From contig JBAXXT010000004.1 in the NCBI GenBank assembly GCA_037127755.1, positions 20,179 through 84,178 of the forward strand: a stretch of 64,000 nt of DNA, read 5' to 3'. The position numbers and the translations under genes are program-made. This document shows positions 1 to 10,236 of this stretch, one piece after another (within the stretch, counting starts at the first letter, position 1; each line of letters starts with the position of its first letter). The DNA is from Bacteroidota bacterium. Its GTDB lineage: Bacteria; Bacteroidota; Bacteroidia; Chitinophagales; Chitinophagaceae. Under the pieces are notes generated by a model, which was not told the DNA's origin, searched no databases, and saw nothing but the letters and a program-made list of their open reading frames with translations.

Positions 1-1
1 A

Positions 2-412
2 GCTTACTTGATAGCAAAACTTTCCGAGCTGATTGGCAATTTTAGAGCATTGATGTTTACCATTATATTTTGGATTCTCCTTTGTGTATTAGGCTACAAC
101 ATTCCAAGAGATGGCATCTATCAGTTTTATATACTAGCAGTTCTTGTGGGTTTTGTAATGGGCGGTATTCAATCGCTAAGCAGAAGCACTTACGCCAAAT
201 TAATGCCAGAAACCAAAGACACTACTTCGTTCTTTAGTTTTTATGATGTAACTGAAAAAATTGCCATCGTAATTGGCATGTTAAGTTTCGGATATATCAA
301 TGAAATAACTGGCTCACAACGTAACTCAGTATTGGCTTTAACAATATTTTTCATAATTGGTTTTATCCTGCTTTTATTAGCAATGAAAAAGCAAAAAACA
401 GAACTCGCTTAG
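2..412 (+). CDS. MFS transporter (UMF1/BtlA-like), C-terminal part; 5' end lies outside the window
   Basis: Hydrophobic helices with GGIQSLSRSTYAKLMP and FFSFYDVTEK motifs; the frame is open to the window edge. Confidence 0.85.
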   Translation, partial: AYLIAKLSELIGNFRALMFTIIFWILLCVLGYNIPRDGIYQFYILAVLVGFVMGGIQSLSRSTYAKLMPETKDTTSFFSFYDVTEKIAIVIGMLSFGYINEITGSQRNSVLALTIFFIIGFILLLLAMKKQKTELA

Positions 413-414
413 TT

Positions 415-1284
415 ATGCAACTATATACTATTGAAGCAGGTAATTTTAAGTTAGATGGTGGAGCCATGTTTGGTGTTGTTCCTAAAAGTATGTGGAACAA
501 ATTAAATCCGGCAGATGAAAATAATTTATGTACCTGGGCACTCAGATGTTTATTAATAGAAGATGGCAATCGTTTGATTTTAATTGATAATGGGGTAGGC
601 GATAAACAGGATTCCAAATTTTTCGGACACTATCAACTTAGCGGAGAAACAAATATCAACAAAGCCCTGGCAATTCATGGGTTTCATAGTTCCGACATTA
701 CAGATGTACTTCTTACTCATTTACATTTCGATCATTGTGGCGGAAGTATTAAAAGAGTAGGCGATAAATTATTACCCGGTTTCGAGAATGCAGTGTATTG
801 GTCAAACGAACAACATTGGCAATGGGCAACTATTCCAAATGACAGAGAAAAAGCTTCATTCTTAAAAGAGAATATATTACCCATTAAAGAAAGTGGACAG
901 CTACAAATGATTTCAGTACCAAATGGCGGATTAGAAATAGATGGAAAACTTGGCAGCACAAAATTCTCAGATAATATCAATATCCGATTTGTAAATGGCC
1001 ATACCGATAAAATGATGTTGCCGCAAATTAATTATAAGGGCAGTACCATTGTTTATATGGCCGACCTACTTCCATCCGTACATCATATTCCTCTTCCCTA
1101 TGTAATGGCTTATGATATGTTTCCACTTACCACATTAAATGAAAAAAAATCTTTCTTAGAAGAAGCTATCAACGAAGACTATCTTTTGTATTTCGAACAC
1201 GATGCTTACAATGAATGTTGCACATTGCAGCAAACAGAAAAAGGAATACGTGCAAATAACTGTTTTAAGCTAACTGAATTTTAA
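415..1284 (+). CDS. MBL-fold metallo-hydrolase (YtnP-like)
   Basis: THLHFDHCGG (HxHxDH) motif; N-terminal FKLDGGAMFGVVPK typical of this family. Confidence 0.9.
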   Translation: MQLYTIEAGNFKLDGGAMFGVVPKSMWNKLNPADENNLCTWALRCLLIEDGNRLILIDNGVGDKQDSKFFGHYQLSGETNINKALAIHGFHSSDITDVLLTHLHFDHCGGSIKRVGDKLLPGFENAVYWSNEQHWQWATIPNDREKASFLKENILPIKESGQLQMISVPNGGLEIDGKLGSTKFSDNINIRFVNGHTDKMMLPQINYKGSTIVYMADLLPSVHHIPLPYVMAYDMFPLTTLNEKKSFLEEAINEDYLLYFEHDAYNECCTLQQTEKGIRANNCFKLTEF

Positions 1285-2081
1285 TGAAAGCTCAGATTAG
1301 AGCTTAATGGATAGCGAAGATTTCGATATTGCATCATATCTACTTTTACACTCCCTATTACTATAGGACTTTCAATTCTTAAAGGAATATGATTGGCATC
1401 ATCGCTTACCCAAACGGTCATTTTTTCTCCACCCGAAAACATGGTTCCTTTTACCAGTAAGGGCTTAAAGCGGATGGCACGGAATTTTCCATATTTGGTT
1501 TTTATGGTTTCCTTACCTTCATATTTGATATAGAGATTATGTACTTCGTTATCAAGAAACATATTGAAGGGGATCTTATCATCAGGCTTGAATCTATTAA
1601 AATCGATATTTCTCGCATAATAAATGGCACTTAATACATCCTGAATACAACCAGGCACTTTAAATACTCCGTTGGTTGTAACTGCCGTATTTGTTTGTTG
1701 ATTAAAAGTTACATTCTCACTATGTTTAAAACCTCCTTCATCAATGCTTCTAATAAATTTCAGTGGTTGTAAATTAGCCGTATCGAAATAGGTTTCATAT
1801 CGATCTCTCACTTTAAAAATCCAATCATAACTTGGATTAGAAGTACCAGTACCTACCACATGATATACCGGTTTATTATTGATCCAATCTAATGCCACAT
1901 TAAAAGTTGCATCCCCAGCATTTACATAAATGCCAATCACATTGTAGAATACTACAAAAGAAATACTTTCCCCTTCTTGAAATGAGGTATTATGTATCCC
2001 ACAGAAATCGTCTCCCGCAGTTAATCTGCGTGAAAAGCTCACTAGTAATAAAATAAGTATCCATTTTCTCCAACCTTTCAT
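1281..2081 (-). CDS. DUF3108-like secreted protein
   Basis: Signal peptide; FKVRDRYETYFD, QDVLSAIYYARN and VWVSDDANHIPLRIES blocks typical of Bacteroidota DUF3108. Confidence 0.75.
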   Translation of the reverse strand: MKGWRKWILILLLVSFSRRLTAGDDFCGIHNTSFQEGESISFVVFYNVIGIYVNAGDATFNVALDWINNKPVYHVVGTGTSNPSYDWIFKVRDRYETYFDTANLQPLKFIRSIDEGGFKHSENVTFNQQTNTAVTTNGVFKVPGCIQDVLSAIYYARNIDFNRFKPDDKIPFNMFLDNEVHNLYIKYEGKETIKTKYGKFRAIRFKPLLVKGTMFSGGEKMTVWVSDDANHIPLRIESPIVIGSVKVDMMQYRNLRYPLSSNLSFH

Positions 2082-2122
2082 TCAAACTTGTATTAACACT
2101 CCGTAAAAATTATGAGGCCCTT

Positions 2123-3169
2123 TCATCGATTTTTGTTCTGTTTGTTTTGAAACAGCCTTACACCCAAAATTAGAATACTTCCTGCAATTGCCGGAATGAT
2201 TAAATTGATAATCCAAATTCCTGCAGCTGCCGCAATGATGCCAATATGGTTAGTACTCAATAATCCAAATAGTTGCAAACTCACTTTACCCCGAAATCCA
2301 AGTTCCGCCAATGCGATTGATGGAACCATTGCGAGTACCAAAAAAAGTACTGAAACCATCATCGCTAAACTCATTATACCAGACTCCACTCCAAATAGCT
2401 GTAACAATAATACATACTGAACAATAAATACAACGTATCTGGCTGCTGATAAAAACAAAATTCTTGTTAATTCTCTCCAATGAAGTGCTTCCAGTTTTTC
2501 AATATAATACCTGAATCTTGCTATAAAAGGGATTTTTTCAATAAGTCGTATAAACAAGGCCACATTGAAGTAAAAGATAGAAAACACAAAAACGCCAATA
2601 AAAAGTGTGATAACCAATGCATCTAACCAAAACCCATTTAATCCCTCAAAACCTTTTAATTGATTTAATATGGTTAAACGAAGTCCGGTTATTGAAATAA
2701 GTCCTACAAAAAAAGTAACCAAGATCTGACTCATAGATCCTACCAGTGAAAGTGCTACAGCTCTTAGTCGGTTTCCTTCATGCAAATAAAGAATTCTACC
2801 CACAAAATCACCTGCTCTATTAATCGTATTTAATGCAAATGCTTGACCAGCGAAGATGGCCCTGTAAGCACTCCAAAAACTTATTTTTTCTACCCTACTT
2901 ACTAGTATCTGCCATTTTTTAGCTTCAATTCCCCAATTGATAAACATGAGGATTACCACTACAATAATTTTCCAGTTTGATGAACTCAAAAAAGCGTCCC
3001 TAATTAAATGCCAGGAAACCTGAACGTCTCCTTGCTGCTTGATCTGCCGATAAATAGAAAACGATAGCCACACAAAAAGTGCGGGGCCTACAAAATAATT
3101 CAGGAATATTTTAAGTTTTCTAGACAGTTCCTTAGATTTTAAATCAGTGCAAAGAACGGTTAACATCAC
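2123..3169 (-). CDS. Lysylphosphatidylglycerol synthase TM-domain / flippase-like membrane protein
   Basis: Multi-TM protein with NWGIEAKKWQIL, RAGDFVGR and ELGFRG motifs. Confidence 0.75.
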   Translation of the reverse strand: MMLTVLCTDLKSKELSRKLKIFLNYFVGPALFVWLSFSIYRQIKQQGDVQVSWHLIRDAFLSSSNWKIIVVVILMFINWGIEAKKWQILVSRVEKISFWSAYRAIFAGQAFALNTINRAGDFVGRILYLHEGNRLRAVALSLVGSMSQILVTFFVGLISITGLRLTILNQLKGFEGLNGFWLDALVITLFIGVFVFSIFYFNVALFIRLIEKIPFIARFRYYIEKLEALHWRELTRILFLSAARYVVFIVQYVLLLQLFGVESGIMSLAMMVSVLFLVLAMVPSIALAELGFRGKVSLQLFGLLSTNHIGIIAAAAGIWIINLIIPAIAGSILILGVRLFQNKQNKNR

Positions 3170-3210
3170 GAGACTGAAAAATAGCTGCCAAATAGAGTAA
3201 TTTTACTTCA

Positions 3211-3774
3211 ATGAATAAAAAAGCACAGATCATATTAGGCATCGACCCCGGTACTACCGTTATGGGATATGCTATTTTAAGGATAGAAAACAACCTCCCC
3301 CAGGTGTTGTTAATGGATGTACTTAAACTTTCTCAGCAAAAAGATATTTATGCTCGTCTAGAAATGATACATACCAAAGTGATAGAGCTCATTAAATTAT
3401 ATCAACCCAACACCTTCGCAATTGAAGCTCCTTTTTTTGGAAAAAACGTTCAAAGTATGTTGAAACTTGGCAGGGCACAGGGTGTTGCCATTGCAGCAGC
3501 CATGCAAGCAAAATTATCTGTTACAGAATACTCTCCTAAAAAAGTAAAACAGTCAATCACAGGTAATGGAAATGCAGATAAAGATCAGGTTTGGAAAATG
3601 TTACAACGTGTGTTGTCGATAGATGAACAACCAAAATATTTTGATGCCACAGATGCTTTAGCTGTAGCACTTTGCCATCATTATCAAACCTCTTCAGTAC
3701 TTGGTGCAGCTGTAAAGGGTTTAAAAGGATGGGATGATTTTATTGCCAAAAATCCTGGGCGTGTAAAAAAATAG
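3211..3774 (+). CDS. ruvC: Holliday junction resolvase RuvC
   Basis: ILGIDPG, AIEAPFFGKN, LGRAQG and DATDALAVALCH catalytic motifs. Confidence 0.97.
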   Translation: MNKKAQIILGIDPGTTVMGYAILRIENNLPQVLLMDVLKLSQQKDIYARLEMIHTKVIELIKLYQPNTFAIEAPFFGKNVQSMLKLGRAQGVAIAAAMQAKLSVTEYSPKKVKQSITGNGNADKDQVWKMLQRVLSIDEQPKYFDATDALAVALCHHYQTSSVLGAAVKGLKGWDDFIAKNPGRVKK

Positions 3775-3776
3775 AA

Positions 3777-4166
3777 TTAGAGATTATACAAAATCAATTC
3801 TTGGATATCCACAAAATCATCTGGACTAAGTTTCAACTTCTCTCTAGTAAAGTTTAAATCATCTGCATTATTGATGGGCACTAAATGCAAATGAGCATGA
3901 GGAACTTCTAAGCCCATCACACTAATACCGCATCGGTTACACTCAAATGCCCTTTCTATGGCTTTAGCAATAGGACGTGAGAACAATAGAATTTCAGCTA
4001 AGTAATCTGCAGATAAATCAAAAAATTGATCCGTTTCTATTTTAGGAATTACTAACACATGGCCTTTTACCATTGGGAAAATATCTAGAAATGCATAGAA
4101 TTTTTCATTTTCTGCAATTTTATAACATGGGATCTCACCGGCAATAATTTTGGAGAAGATGGTCAT
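3777..4166 (-). CDS. HIT family nucleotide hydrolase
   Basis: Starts TIFSKII; histidine triad VPHAHLHLVP. Confidence 0.95.
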   Translation of the reverse strand: MTIFSKIIAGEIPCYKIAENEKFYAFLDIFPMVKGHVLVIPKIETDQFFDLSADYLAEILLFSRPIAKAIERAFECNRCGISVMGLEVPHAHLHLVPINNADDLNFTREKLKLSPDDFVDIQELILYNL

Positions 4167-4195
4167 AATAGAAAGTTTATTCTATCAAATATCCT

Positions 4196-4232
4196 AAAAA
4201 AAATGCCCCCTCAGTTAAATTCTGATGGGGCA
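4196..4232 (-). terminator. Intrinsic terminator after greA
   Basis: Minus strand TGCCCCATCAG-AATTTAA-CTGAGGGGGCA followed by T8. Confidence 0.8.
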
Positions 4233-4252
4233 ATTATAAAAAGATGAATCCC

Positions 4253-4720
4253 TTAAATCGTGATGTTCTCAATTTTAAACTTGGCAATCCCATTTGGAGC
4301 CTGTACTTCTGCTACTTCTCCAACAACTTTTCCTAATAAACCCTTTCCTATAGGTGAACTTGCAGAAATCTTACCCAATTTCAAATCGGCTTCCTTTTCA
4401 CCCACAATCTGATATACTATGGTTTTTTTAGTAGCCAAATTTGTAATGGTTACTTTCGTTAAAATGGTAACCTTGCTGGTATCAAGGGTTCCTGGATCCA
4501 CAATTTTGGCGTTACTGATAACTCCTTCCAATTGTTTGATCTTAGCTTCAAGCATCCCTTGAGCTTCTTTTGCTGCATCATATTCGGCATTCTCTTTCAA
4601 ATCACCTTTTTCTCTTGCTTCCCCAATCGCTCTTGAAGATGCAGGACGATCAATAGATTTCATCCTGTGCAGCTCTTCCCTCATCTTGTCGAAGGTCTCC
4701 TGTGTTACATAATCACTCAT
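4253..4720 (-). CDS. greA: Transcription elongation factor GreA (start moved to ATG 4720; 155 aa)
   Basis: AREKGDLKENAEYDAAKEAQ motif and C-terminal ISASSPIGKGLLGK; the ORF-track extension overlaps the promoter and leader. Confidence 0.96.
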   Translation of the reverse strand: MSDYVTQETFDKMREELHRMKSIDRPASSRAIGEAREKGDLKENAEYDAAKEAQGMLEAKIKQLEGVISNAKIVDPGTLDTSKVTILTKVTITNLATKKTIVYQIVGEKEADLKLGKISASSPIGKGLLGKVVGEVAEVQAPNGIAKFKIENITI

Positions 4721-4742
4721 ACACTTTCTGTTTAGAAGTCGT

Positions 4743-4780
4743 AAAAAAAATACAACGCCACATTTGATTGTAGCGTTGTA
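4743..4780 (-). terminator. Terminator/attenuator hairpin in the greA leader
   Basis: Minus strand TACAACGCTACA-ATCAAA-TGTGGCGTTGTA (12 bp, one G-U) followed by T8, ending 22 nt before the greA ATG. Confidence 0.8.
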
Positions 4781-4786
4781 GGTCTG

Positions 4787-4816
4787 CAAAAATAGAAAAA
4801 CTTTTGTAAAAACAAA
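4787..4816 (-). promoter_or_regulatory. Bacteroidota primary-sigma promoter of greA
   Basis: -7 TATTTTTG (4787-4794) and -33 TTTG (4813-4816) with an 18-nt spacer. Confidence 0.65.
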
Positions 4817-4844
4817 GAATTGTAATTTTCTATGCCTCCCTACA

Positions 4845-5771
4845 CTATATAAATCCAAGTTTATCAAGCACAATTTTAGCCATTTTATAATATGCTTCCT
4901 GACTATAACCCGCTATATGAGGGGTAATTAAGGTATTAGACTGGGCTAATAACCATTTCAGGCTTTCAGATTCAGCCTGTGTATACGAATCAAGCTTTTC
5001 ATTTTCTAAAACATCTAATCCGGCGGCTCTTATTTTGCCTGATTTCAGCGCCCTCTTTAATGCTATTGTATCAGTTACCCTTCCCCTACATGTGGTTAGG
5101 AAATAGGGCTTTTTTTCAAATGATTCAAAGAAAACATCATTAGCTAAATGAAATGTTTCTTCTGTTAAGGGTACATGAAGACTAACCACATCGGCATTTT
5201 TAAAAATCTCTTCCATAGTCGATTCCTGAACATATTCTTTGGCAAATCCTTTTTTGTATTTATCATATGCTAAGACTGTTACATCAAAACCAGCTAAGAT
5301 TTTAGAAAATGCCGAACCTGTATTTCCATAGCCAATAATTCCGATTGTTTTCCCTGTTAATTCTTCTCCCCTGTTTTCTGTTCTTAACCATTTGCCTTCT
5401 TTTATTTCTAGGTTACTTGAAGCAATTCTATTCATTAATGCCAGTAGCAATCCTAACTCATGTTCCGCCACAGCATTACAATTTCCTTCCGGACTGCTTA
5501 CACAAGTAATACCTTTTGATGCAGCATATTCCGTATCAATAAGTTCCATGCCGCTACCCAATCTTCCAATCCACTTTAACTTAGGAGCGCTATCTATCAT
5601 TTCCTTATTTACAACCCTGGTATCTACTATCAACCCTTCAATATCTTCCATGGCATGCAATAATGCAGCATCTCCAATGCCTGGAATAAATACTAATTTA
5701 AAACCATGACTTTGTAATTTATCCTTAAGATACTGATGAACATTGGCTGTTATCAATACAGTTCTTTCCAT
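4845..5771 (-). CDS. D-isomer-specific 2-hydroxyacid dehydrogenase (SerA/PdxB-like, no ACT domain)
   Basis: [19 protein letters not shown] (Rossmann), LDVLENE and TPHIAG motifs. Confidence 0.88.
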   Translation of the reverse strand: MERTVLITANVHQYLKDKLQSHGFKLVFIPGIGDAALLHAMEDIEGLIVDTRVVNKEMIDSAPKLKWIGRLGSGMELIDTEYAASKGITCVSSPEGNCNAVAEHELGLLLALMNRIASSNLEIKEGKWLRTENRGEELTGKTIGIIGYGNTGSAFSKILAGFDVTVLAYDKYKKGFAKEYVQESTMEEIFKNADVVSLHVPLTEETFHLANDVFFESFEKKPYFLTTCRGRVTDTIALKRALKSGKIRAAGLDVLENEKLDSYTQAESESLKWLLAQSNTLITPHIAGYSQEAYYKMAKIVLDKLGFI

Positions 5772-5790
5772 TCTATTCTTTTTAAAAAAA

Positions 5791-6546
5791 TTATCGCATC
5801 CGAAAACTTAATGCAGCAAAATCTTCTATGCTTAATTGTTCGGCCCTTTTATTAAATATCTCATCTGCCAACACGGTCTCATCAAATAAACCACGAACAG
5901 CATTTCGTAACATTTTTCGTCTTTGATTGAAAGCAGCTTTCACTAAAACAAACAAAGCTTTTTCACTTTTCATATCCACCACTGTATCTTTTCGCTTCAA
6001 CCGAATTACGCCACTCATCACTTTCGGTGGTGGATTAAAACTTTCTGGTGGCACATCAAATAAATATTCCACTTCGTAAAAAGCCTGCACCAATACACTC
6101 ATAATTCCATATACTTTGGTATTGGGTTTAGAGGCAATTCTTTGAGCCACTTCCTTTTGAAACATTCCAATCATAATGGGCACTTGTTGCTTCCATTCCA
6201 CTACTTTAAAAACAATCTGAGTAGAAATATTATATGGAAAATTGCCTATCACAGTAAATTCATTTTCAAATGGAATGTCAATATGCAAAAAATCCTGATG
6301 AATTATTTTTCCCTTGATGGCAGGATAGGTCAACTCTAAATATGTTACTTTTTCATCATCCAATTCCACTGCTTTGAAATCGATGTTTTTTATCGGCAAT
6401 AAAAATTTCGTGAGTGCCCCTGCGCCAGGACCCACTTCCAATAATTGGGTAAAGGGCTCTGACTGAAGTATCTCTACCATCTTTATACAGATCGATTCAT
6501 CCTTTAAGAAGTGTTGCCCGAGTGATTTTTTTAATCGATATTCCAT
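5791..6546 (-). CDS. rsmA: 16S rRNA m6,2A1518/1519 dimethyltransferase
   Basis: [27 protein letters not shown] and [12 protein letters not shown] motifs; ATG 6546 preferred over GTG 6552. Confidence 0.96.
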   Translation of the reverse strand: MEYRLKKSLGQHFLKDESICIKMVEILQSEPFTQLLEVGPGAGALTKFLLPIKNIDFKAVELDDEKVTYLELTYPAIKGKIIHQDFLHIDIPFENEFTVIGNFPYNISTQIVFKVVEWKQQVPIMIGMFQKEVAQRIASKPNTKVYGIMSVLVQAFYEVEYLFDVPPESFNPPPKVMSGVIRLKRKDTVVDMKSEKALFVLVKAAFNQRRKMLRNAVRGLFDETVLADEIFNKRAEQLSIEDFAALSFRMR

Positions 6547-6667
6547 TGGCACGAAATTAAGTTTTTTTAAGTCAGCCCCACCGAAAGGCCAATGAATAAG
6601 CCAGAAGCTGTTGTGATACTAGCTACTTGCGGTTAATAATCCTTATTTTTACATATAATTTTTCTGA

Positions 6668-7762
6668 ATGAGCAATGAACTTCAAAAGCCAATTATAGGA
6701 TTTACCTGTGGCGATTTAAATGGGATTGGTATTGAACTAATAATAAAAACACTATCCGATCATCGTATTCTAGAAATATGCACGCCAGTTGTTTTTGCAA
6801 ACAATAAATGTATCAATTTCTATAGAAAGCTCCTGCCTGAAATAAATTTCAGCTATAGCAGTGTCAAGGAATTACAGCGTCCCAACCCAAAACAAGTGAA
6901 TATTTTCAACTGTTGGGAGGAAGATGTGGCGATCAATCCTGGTCAACTAACAGATATTGGAGGTAAATATGCGCTAGAATCTTTAACCCAAGCCACGCAG
7001 GCTTTGAAAGATGGGTTAATTCATGGACTTGTTACAGCTCCGATTCACAAAAAAAATATACAAAGCGAAACATTTCAATACACAGGGCATACCCCTTATT
7101 TGAAAGATTTCTTTGCTGTAAGTGATGTAGTAATGCTGATGGTGGCAGAAAATATGCGCATTGGTTTGGTTACTGAACACCTGAGCGTAGCAGATATAGC
7201 AAAACATATCACTAAAGAAAGCATCATTCAAAAGTTAAAAATCATGCATGCGAGTCTTCAAAAAGACTTCGGTATTGATAAACCCCGAATTGCTGTTCTT
7301 GGATTAAACCCCCATGCAGGAGATGAAAGTTTAATAGGTGCTGAAGAAGAAACGATTATTAAACCTGCCATTAAAGAGGCTAGAAACAATATGCTTGTTT
7401 TTGGACCCTACAGTTCTGATGCATTTTTTGCTCGTGGTCAATACGAAAAATTTGATGCTGTTTTAGCCATGTACCATGATCAGGGATTGATTCCATTCAA
7501 GTCTTTGGCCATTGGTGAAGGTGTTAATTATACAGCTGGACTTCCAGTAATCAGAACCAGTCCTGATCATGGAACTGCTTTTGATATTGCAGGAAAAGAC
7601 AAAGCTGATGCCAATAGTTTTATTGTAGCCACTTTTGTTGCCTGCGATATTTATCATATGCGCAATGGTTATAAAGAAATGCGCATTAACCCTCTAAGAA
7701 AAATGAGTGCTCGTATGCTGGCAAATGCTGTAGATGAGCGCATTGAAGAAAACGAAGGATAA
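6668..7762 (+). CDS. pdxA: 4-hydroxythreonine-4-phosphate dehydrogenase
   Basis: GDLNGIGIE, LVTAPIHK, LGLNPHAG, AMYHDQGL and RTSPDHGTAFDIAG motifs. Confidence 0.96.
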   Translation: MSNELQKPIIGFTCGDLNGIGIELIIKTLSDHRILEICTPVVFANNKCINFYRKLLPEINFSYSSVKELQRPNPKQVNIFNCWEEDVAINPGQLTDIGGKYALESLTQATQALKDGLIHGLVTAPIHKKNIQSETFQYTGHTPYLKDFFAVSDVVMLMVAENMRIGLVTEHLSVADIAKHITKESIIQKLKIMHASLQKDFGIDKPRIAVLGLNPHAGDESLIGAEEETIIKPAIKEARNNMLVFGPYSSDAFFARGQYEKFDAVLAMYHDQGLIPFKSLAIGEGVNYTAGLPVIRTSPDHGTAFDIAGKDKADANSFIVATFVACDIYHMRNGYKEMRINPLRKMSARMLANAVDERIEENEG

Positions 7763-7772
7763 AAATAATTGC

Positions 7773-8642
7773 ATGTTTGAAATTTCCAACAACACAATTT
7801 CTGTTCAAATTAGTGCACAAGGAGCCGAATTACAAAGCATTATAAACAAGGAGAATTTACTGGAATATTTATGGAGTGGGGATCCTGTGTTTTGGGGAAA
7901 AAAGAGTCCGGTTTTGTTTCCCATAGTAGGCGGATTAAAAAATTCCTCTTATCTACATCAGGGTATTAGCTTTCAACTTGGAAGACACGGATTTGCACGT
8001 GAACGTGAATTTACTGTACACAACAAAACAGAAGATTGTATTCGTTTTAGCTTAGTATCTGATGAAACAACAAAAGAAGTGTATCCTTTTGACTTTGTTT
8101 TTTCAATTGAGTATAGTGTAAAAAATAATCAACTAACTGTAAAATATATTGTTGAAAATATTGGCAATGAAAACCTTTTGTTTTCCGTTGGTGCACATCC
8201 AGCATTTAAAATACCTTTAGTGGATGACACAACTTATGAAGACTACTATCTCTTATTTAGTGAACATGAAACAGCAGGGATCTATCCTTTATCAGCCGAA
8301 GGTCTTATTGAAAATTTCACGACTCCATTATTGAATAATAGTAATAGTATCCCGCTGACAAAAAACTTATTTGCAAAAGACGCTTTGGTGTTTAAGCATT
8401 TAAAATCGAACTATATTGGCATATTAAATAACAAGAATCCCCATGGATTAAAATTGCATTACACAGATTTTCCTTTTATGGGAATTTGGGCAGCTAAAAA
8501 TGCGGATTTTGTTTGCATCGAGCCATGGTGCGGCATTGCAGATAGTGTAGATGCTACTGGTGAATTATCAGAGAAAGAAGGTATCAATCAACTTTCTCCA
8601 AAACAAATTTTCGAGAGAGCCTGGACTGTGGAGGTTTTTTAA
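7773..8642 (+). CDS. Aldose 1-epimerase family protein (LacX-like)
   Basis: SPVLFPIVG, RHGFAR, GAHPAF and FVCIEPWCG motifs; start moved to ATG 7773 to avoid the pdxA overlap. Confidence 0.9.
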   Translation: MFEISNNTISVQISAQGAELQSIINKENLLEYLWSGDPVFWGKKSPVLFPIVGGLKNSSYLHQGISFQLGRHGFAREREFTVHNKTEDCIRFSLVSDETTKEVYPFDFVFSIEYSVKNNQLTVKYIVENIGNENLLFSVGAHPAFKIPLVDDTTYEDYYLLFSEHETAGIYPLSAEGLIENFTTPLLNNSNSIPLTKNLFAKDALVFKHLKSNYIGILNNKNPHGLKLHYTDFPFMGIWAAKNADFVCIEPWCGIADSVDATGELSEKEGINQLSPKQIFERAWTVEVF

Positions 8643-8645
8643 ATA

Positions 8646-9341
8646 TTATTTTACAAAAACTGCATCTGCAATTCCTTTGTTAACGATATAATTAGAATAG
8701 GTGATTTCTACCCTTCCTTTTTTATTCTTCAATTTTTGTGCTTCAGTTAATGTTTTTTCATTGTCGTCAAACTCTAACGTAATTCCTTTGGGAAGTTTAT
8801 AGTCTTTCGTATTAAAACTAAAAATAACTTTTTCTGGCAATCCGAAATTGGCAAAAGCACCATAGTTCATTTCCATTTCATAAGTGCCATTTTCTTTGGT
8901 GGTGGTAATCGCTTTTCGTACCAGTAAATTTAGCTCATCAATATATAATGTAGTTAGAACAATTTCGCTCGATTCATTGATAGGCAATAGTTTTACAACT
9001 TTGCATAAAGTTCCGTTTACCTTAGATTCTCCAGCAGCAAGCGCAACAAAATCGTTCGTTGCGATAATACTACTCATGTTTACTGAAACACCTCCTTTTG
9101 GTAAAAGCGAAATTCCACCTTCTTTTTTAAGACGAAATTTATTGGGCTTCTTAAAATATATTTTTACTTTACCGATGGGTGCTTTAATAAAACTTACATC
9201 GGTTTTCATATTACCATCTGCTTCATAATCATTTACCTGATCTAATTTGGCTTTCACCTTCATTACCAAACCAGTCATGTCCTGAGCCTGTGCAAAAACA
9301 GCAAATTGAAATGCAACTACGAAAAGAAATATTTTATACAT
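8646..9341 (-). CDS. LolA-like periplasmic carrier-fold protein
   Basis: Signal peptide (AQA-Q); KIYFKKPNKFRL and terminal YSNYIVNKGIADAVF resemble LolA-family signatures. Confidence 0.6.
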   Translation of the reverse strand: MYKIFLFVVAFQFAVFAQAQDMTGLVMKVKAKLDQVNDYEADGNMKTDVSFIKAPIGKVKIYFKKPNKFRLKKEGGISLLPKGGVSVNMSSIIATNDFVALAAGESKVNGTLCKVVKLLPINESSEIVLTTLYIDELNLLVRKAITTTKENGTYEMEMNYGAFANFGLPEKVIFSFNTKDYKLPKGITLEFDDNEKTLTEAQKLKNKKGRVEITYSNYIVNKGIADAVFVK

Positions 9342-9360
9342 GTGAATACTTTAAAATTAA

Positions 9361-10236
9361 TTAGCTCAGTACGTCTTTTTTATTAAAAATAAAAATAGCC
9401 CCGCCTACAAACCCAACTATATGTAACAATAATACTAATGCAGATGTGATGATACGTTGAGGGTTTTGAATACTACCAATAATGGCTTCATTTGCATCAT
9501 TCACTTTCAAGTCAAAGAATTCTTTCCAGCTAATTAAATGAGTGGTAAACAAATAAGGTTTCAATGCATTGAAAATTGGAATATTCAGTGTGCTTAAAAT
9601 GGTAAAGAAAACAATGATACTCATAGTGGCAACGATTGGTCCAATACTATTTTCAGCAAAGATCGACAATAAAAATCCCAGTGCTGCAACTGTTACCATT
9701 GCCAATGCTGCAAAAACAAAAGCACCAGCATAACGCCAGAATACATCATTCTGACTAATCAATACCACATAACTACTCTTCATTAAAAACATGTCGCCCA
9801 CTCCAAAGATCCACATGCTAACAAATAAAGCCAGTATCGCTAACCAAATTAAAAGCATGATAGTATAAACGGTAGCGGCAAGAAATTTTGCGATCAACAA
9901 TTCTGTTCTGCTATAAGGTTTTGATAAAAGCAATCTTAATGTTCCCATATTTGCTTCTCCCGAAATCATATCAGCTGCAATCAATGCCACTAATAAAGGA
10001 ACGTGCACCAATAATAATTGCAACATGATATAACAGATCAGATATCCGTTAATGATATTGCCATCAATTTCCATAGAGCCCCCAACGTCTTTCATTAAAA
10101 AGTCAGCATAGCTTTTTCCATCAACTTTCAAACCGAATTGAATAATCAGAATTAATGCTGCAATAGCCCCGAACGCAATGTAGGTTCTTGGCCTGCGAAA
10201 TATTTTATAAAGCTCAATTTGTATAAGTGTCAACAT
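9361..10236 (-). CDS. ABC-2 type transporter permease
   Basis: About 6 TM helices; ISGEANMGTLRLLLSKPYSRTELLIAKF motif. Confidence 0.9.
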   Translation of the reverse strand: MLTLIQIELYKIFRRPRTYIAFGAIAALILIIQFGLKVDGKSYADFLMKDVGGSMEIDGNIINGYLICYIMLQLLLVHVPLLVALIAADMISGEANMGTLRLLLSKPYSRTELLIAKFLAATVYTIMLLIWLAILALFVSMWIFGVGDMFLMKSSYVVLISQNDVFWRYAGAFVFAALAMVTVAALGFLLSIFAENSIGPIVATMSIIVFFTILSTLNIPIFNALKPYLFTTHLISWKEFFDLKVNDANEAIIGSIQNPQRIITSALVLLLHIVGFVGGAIFIFNKKDVLS

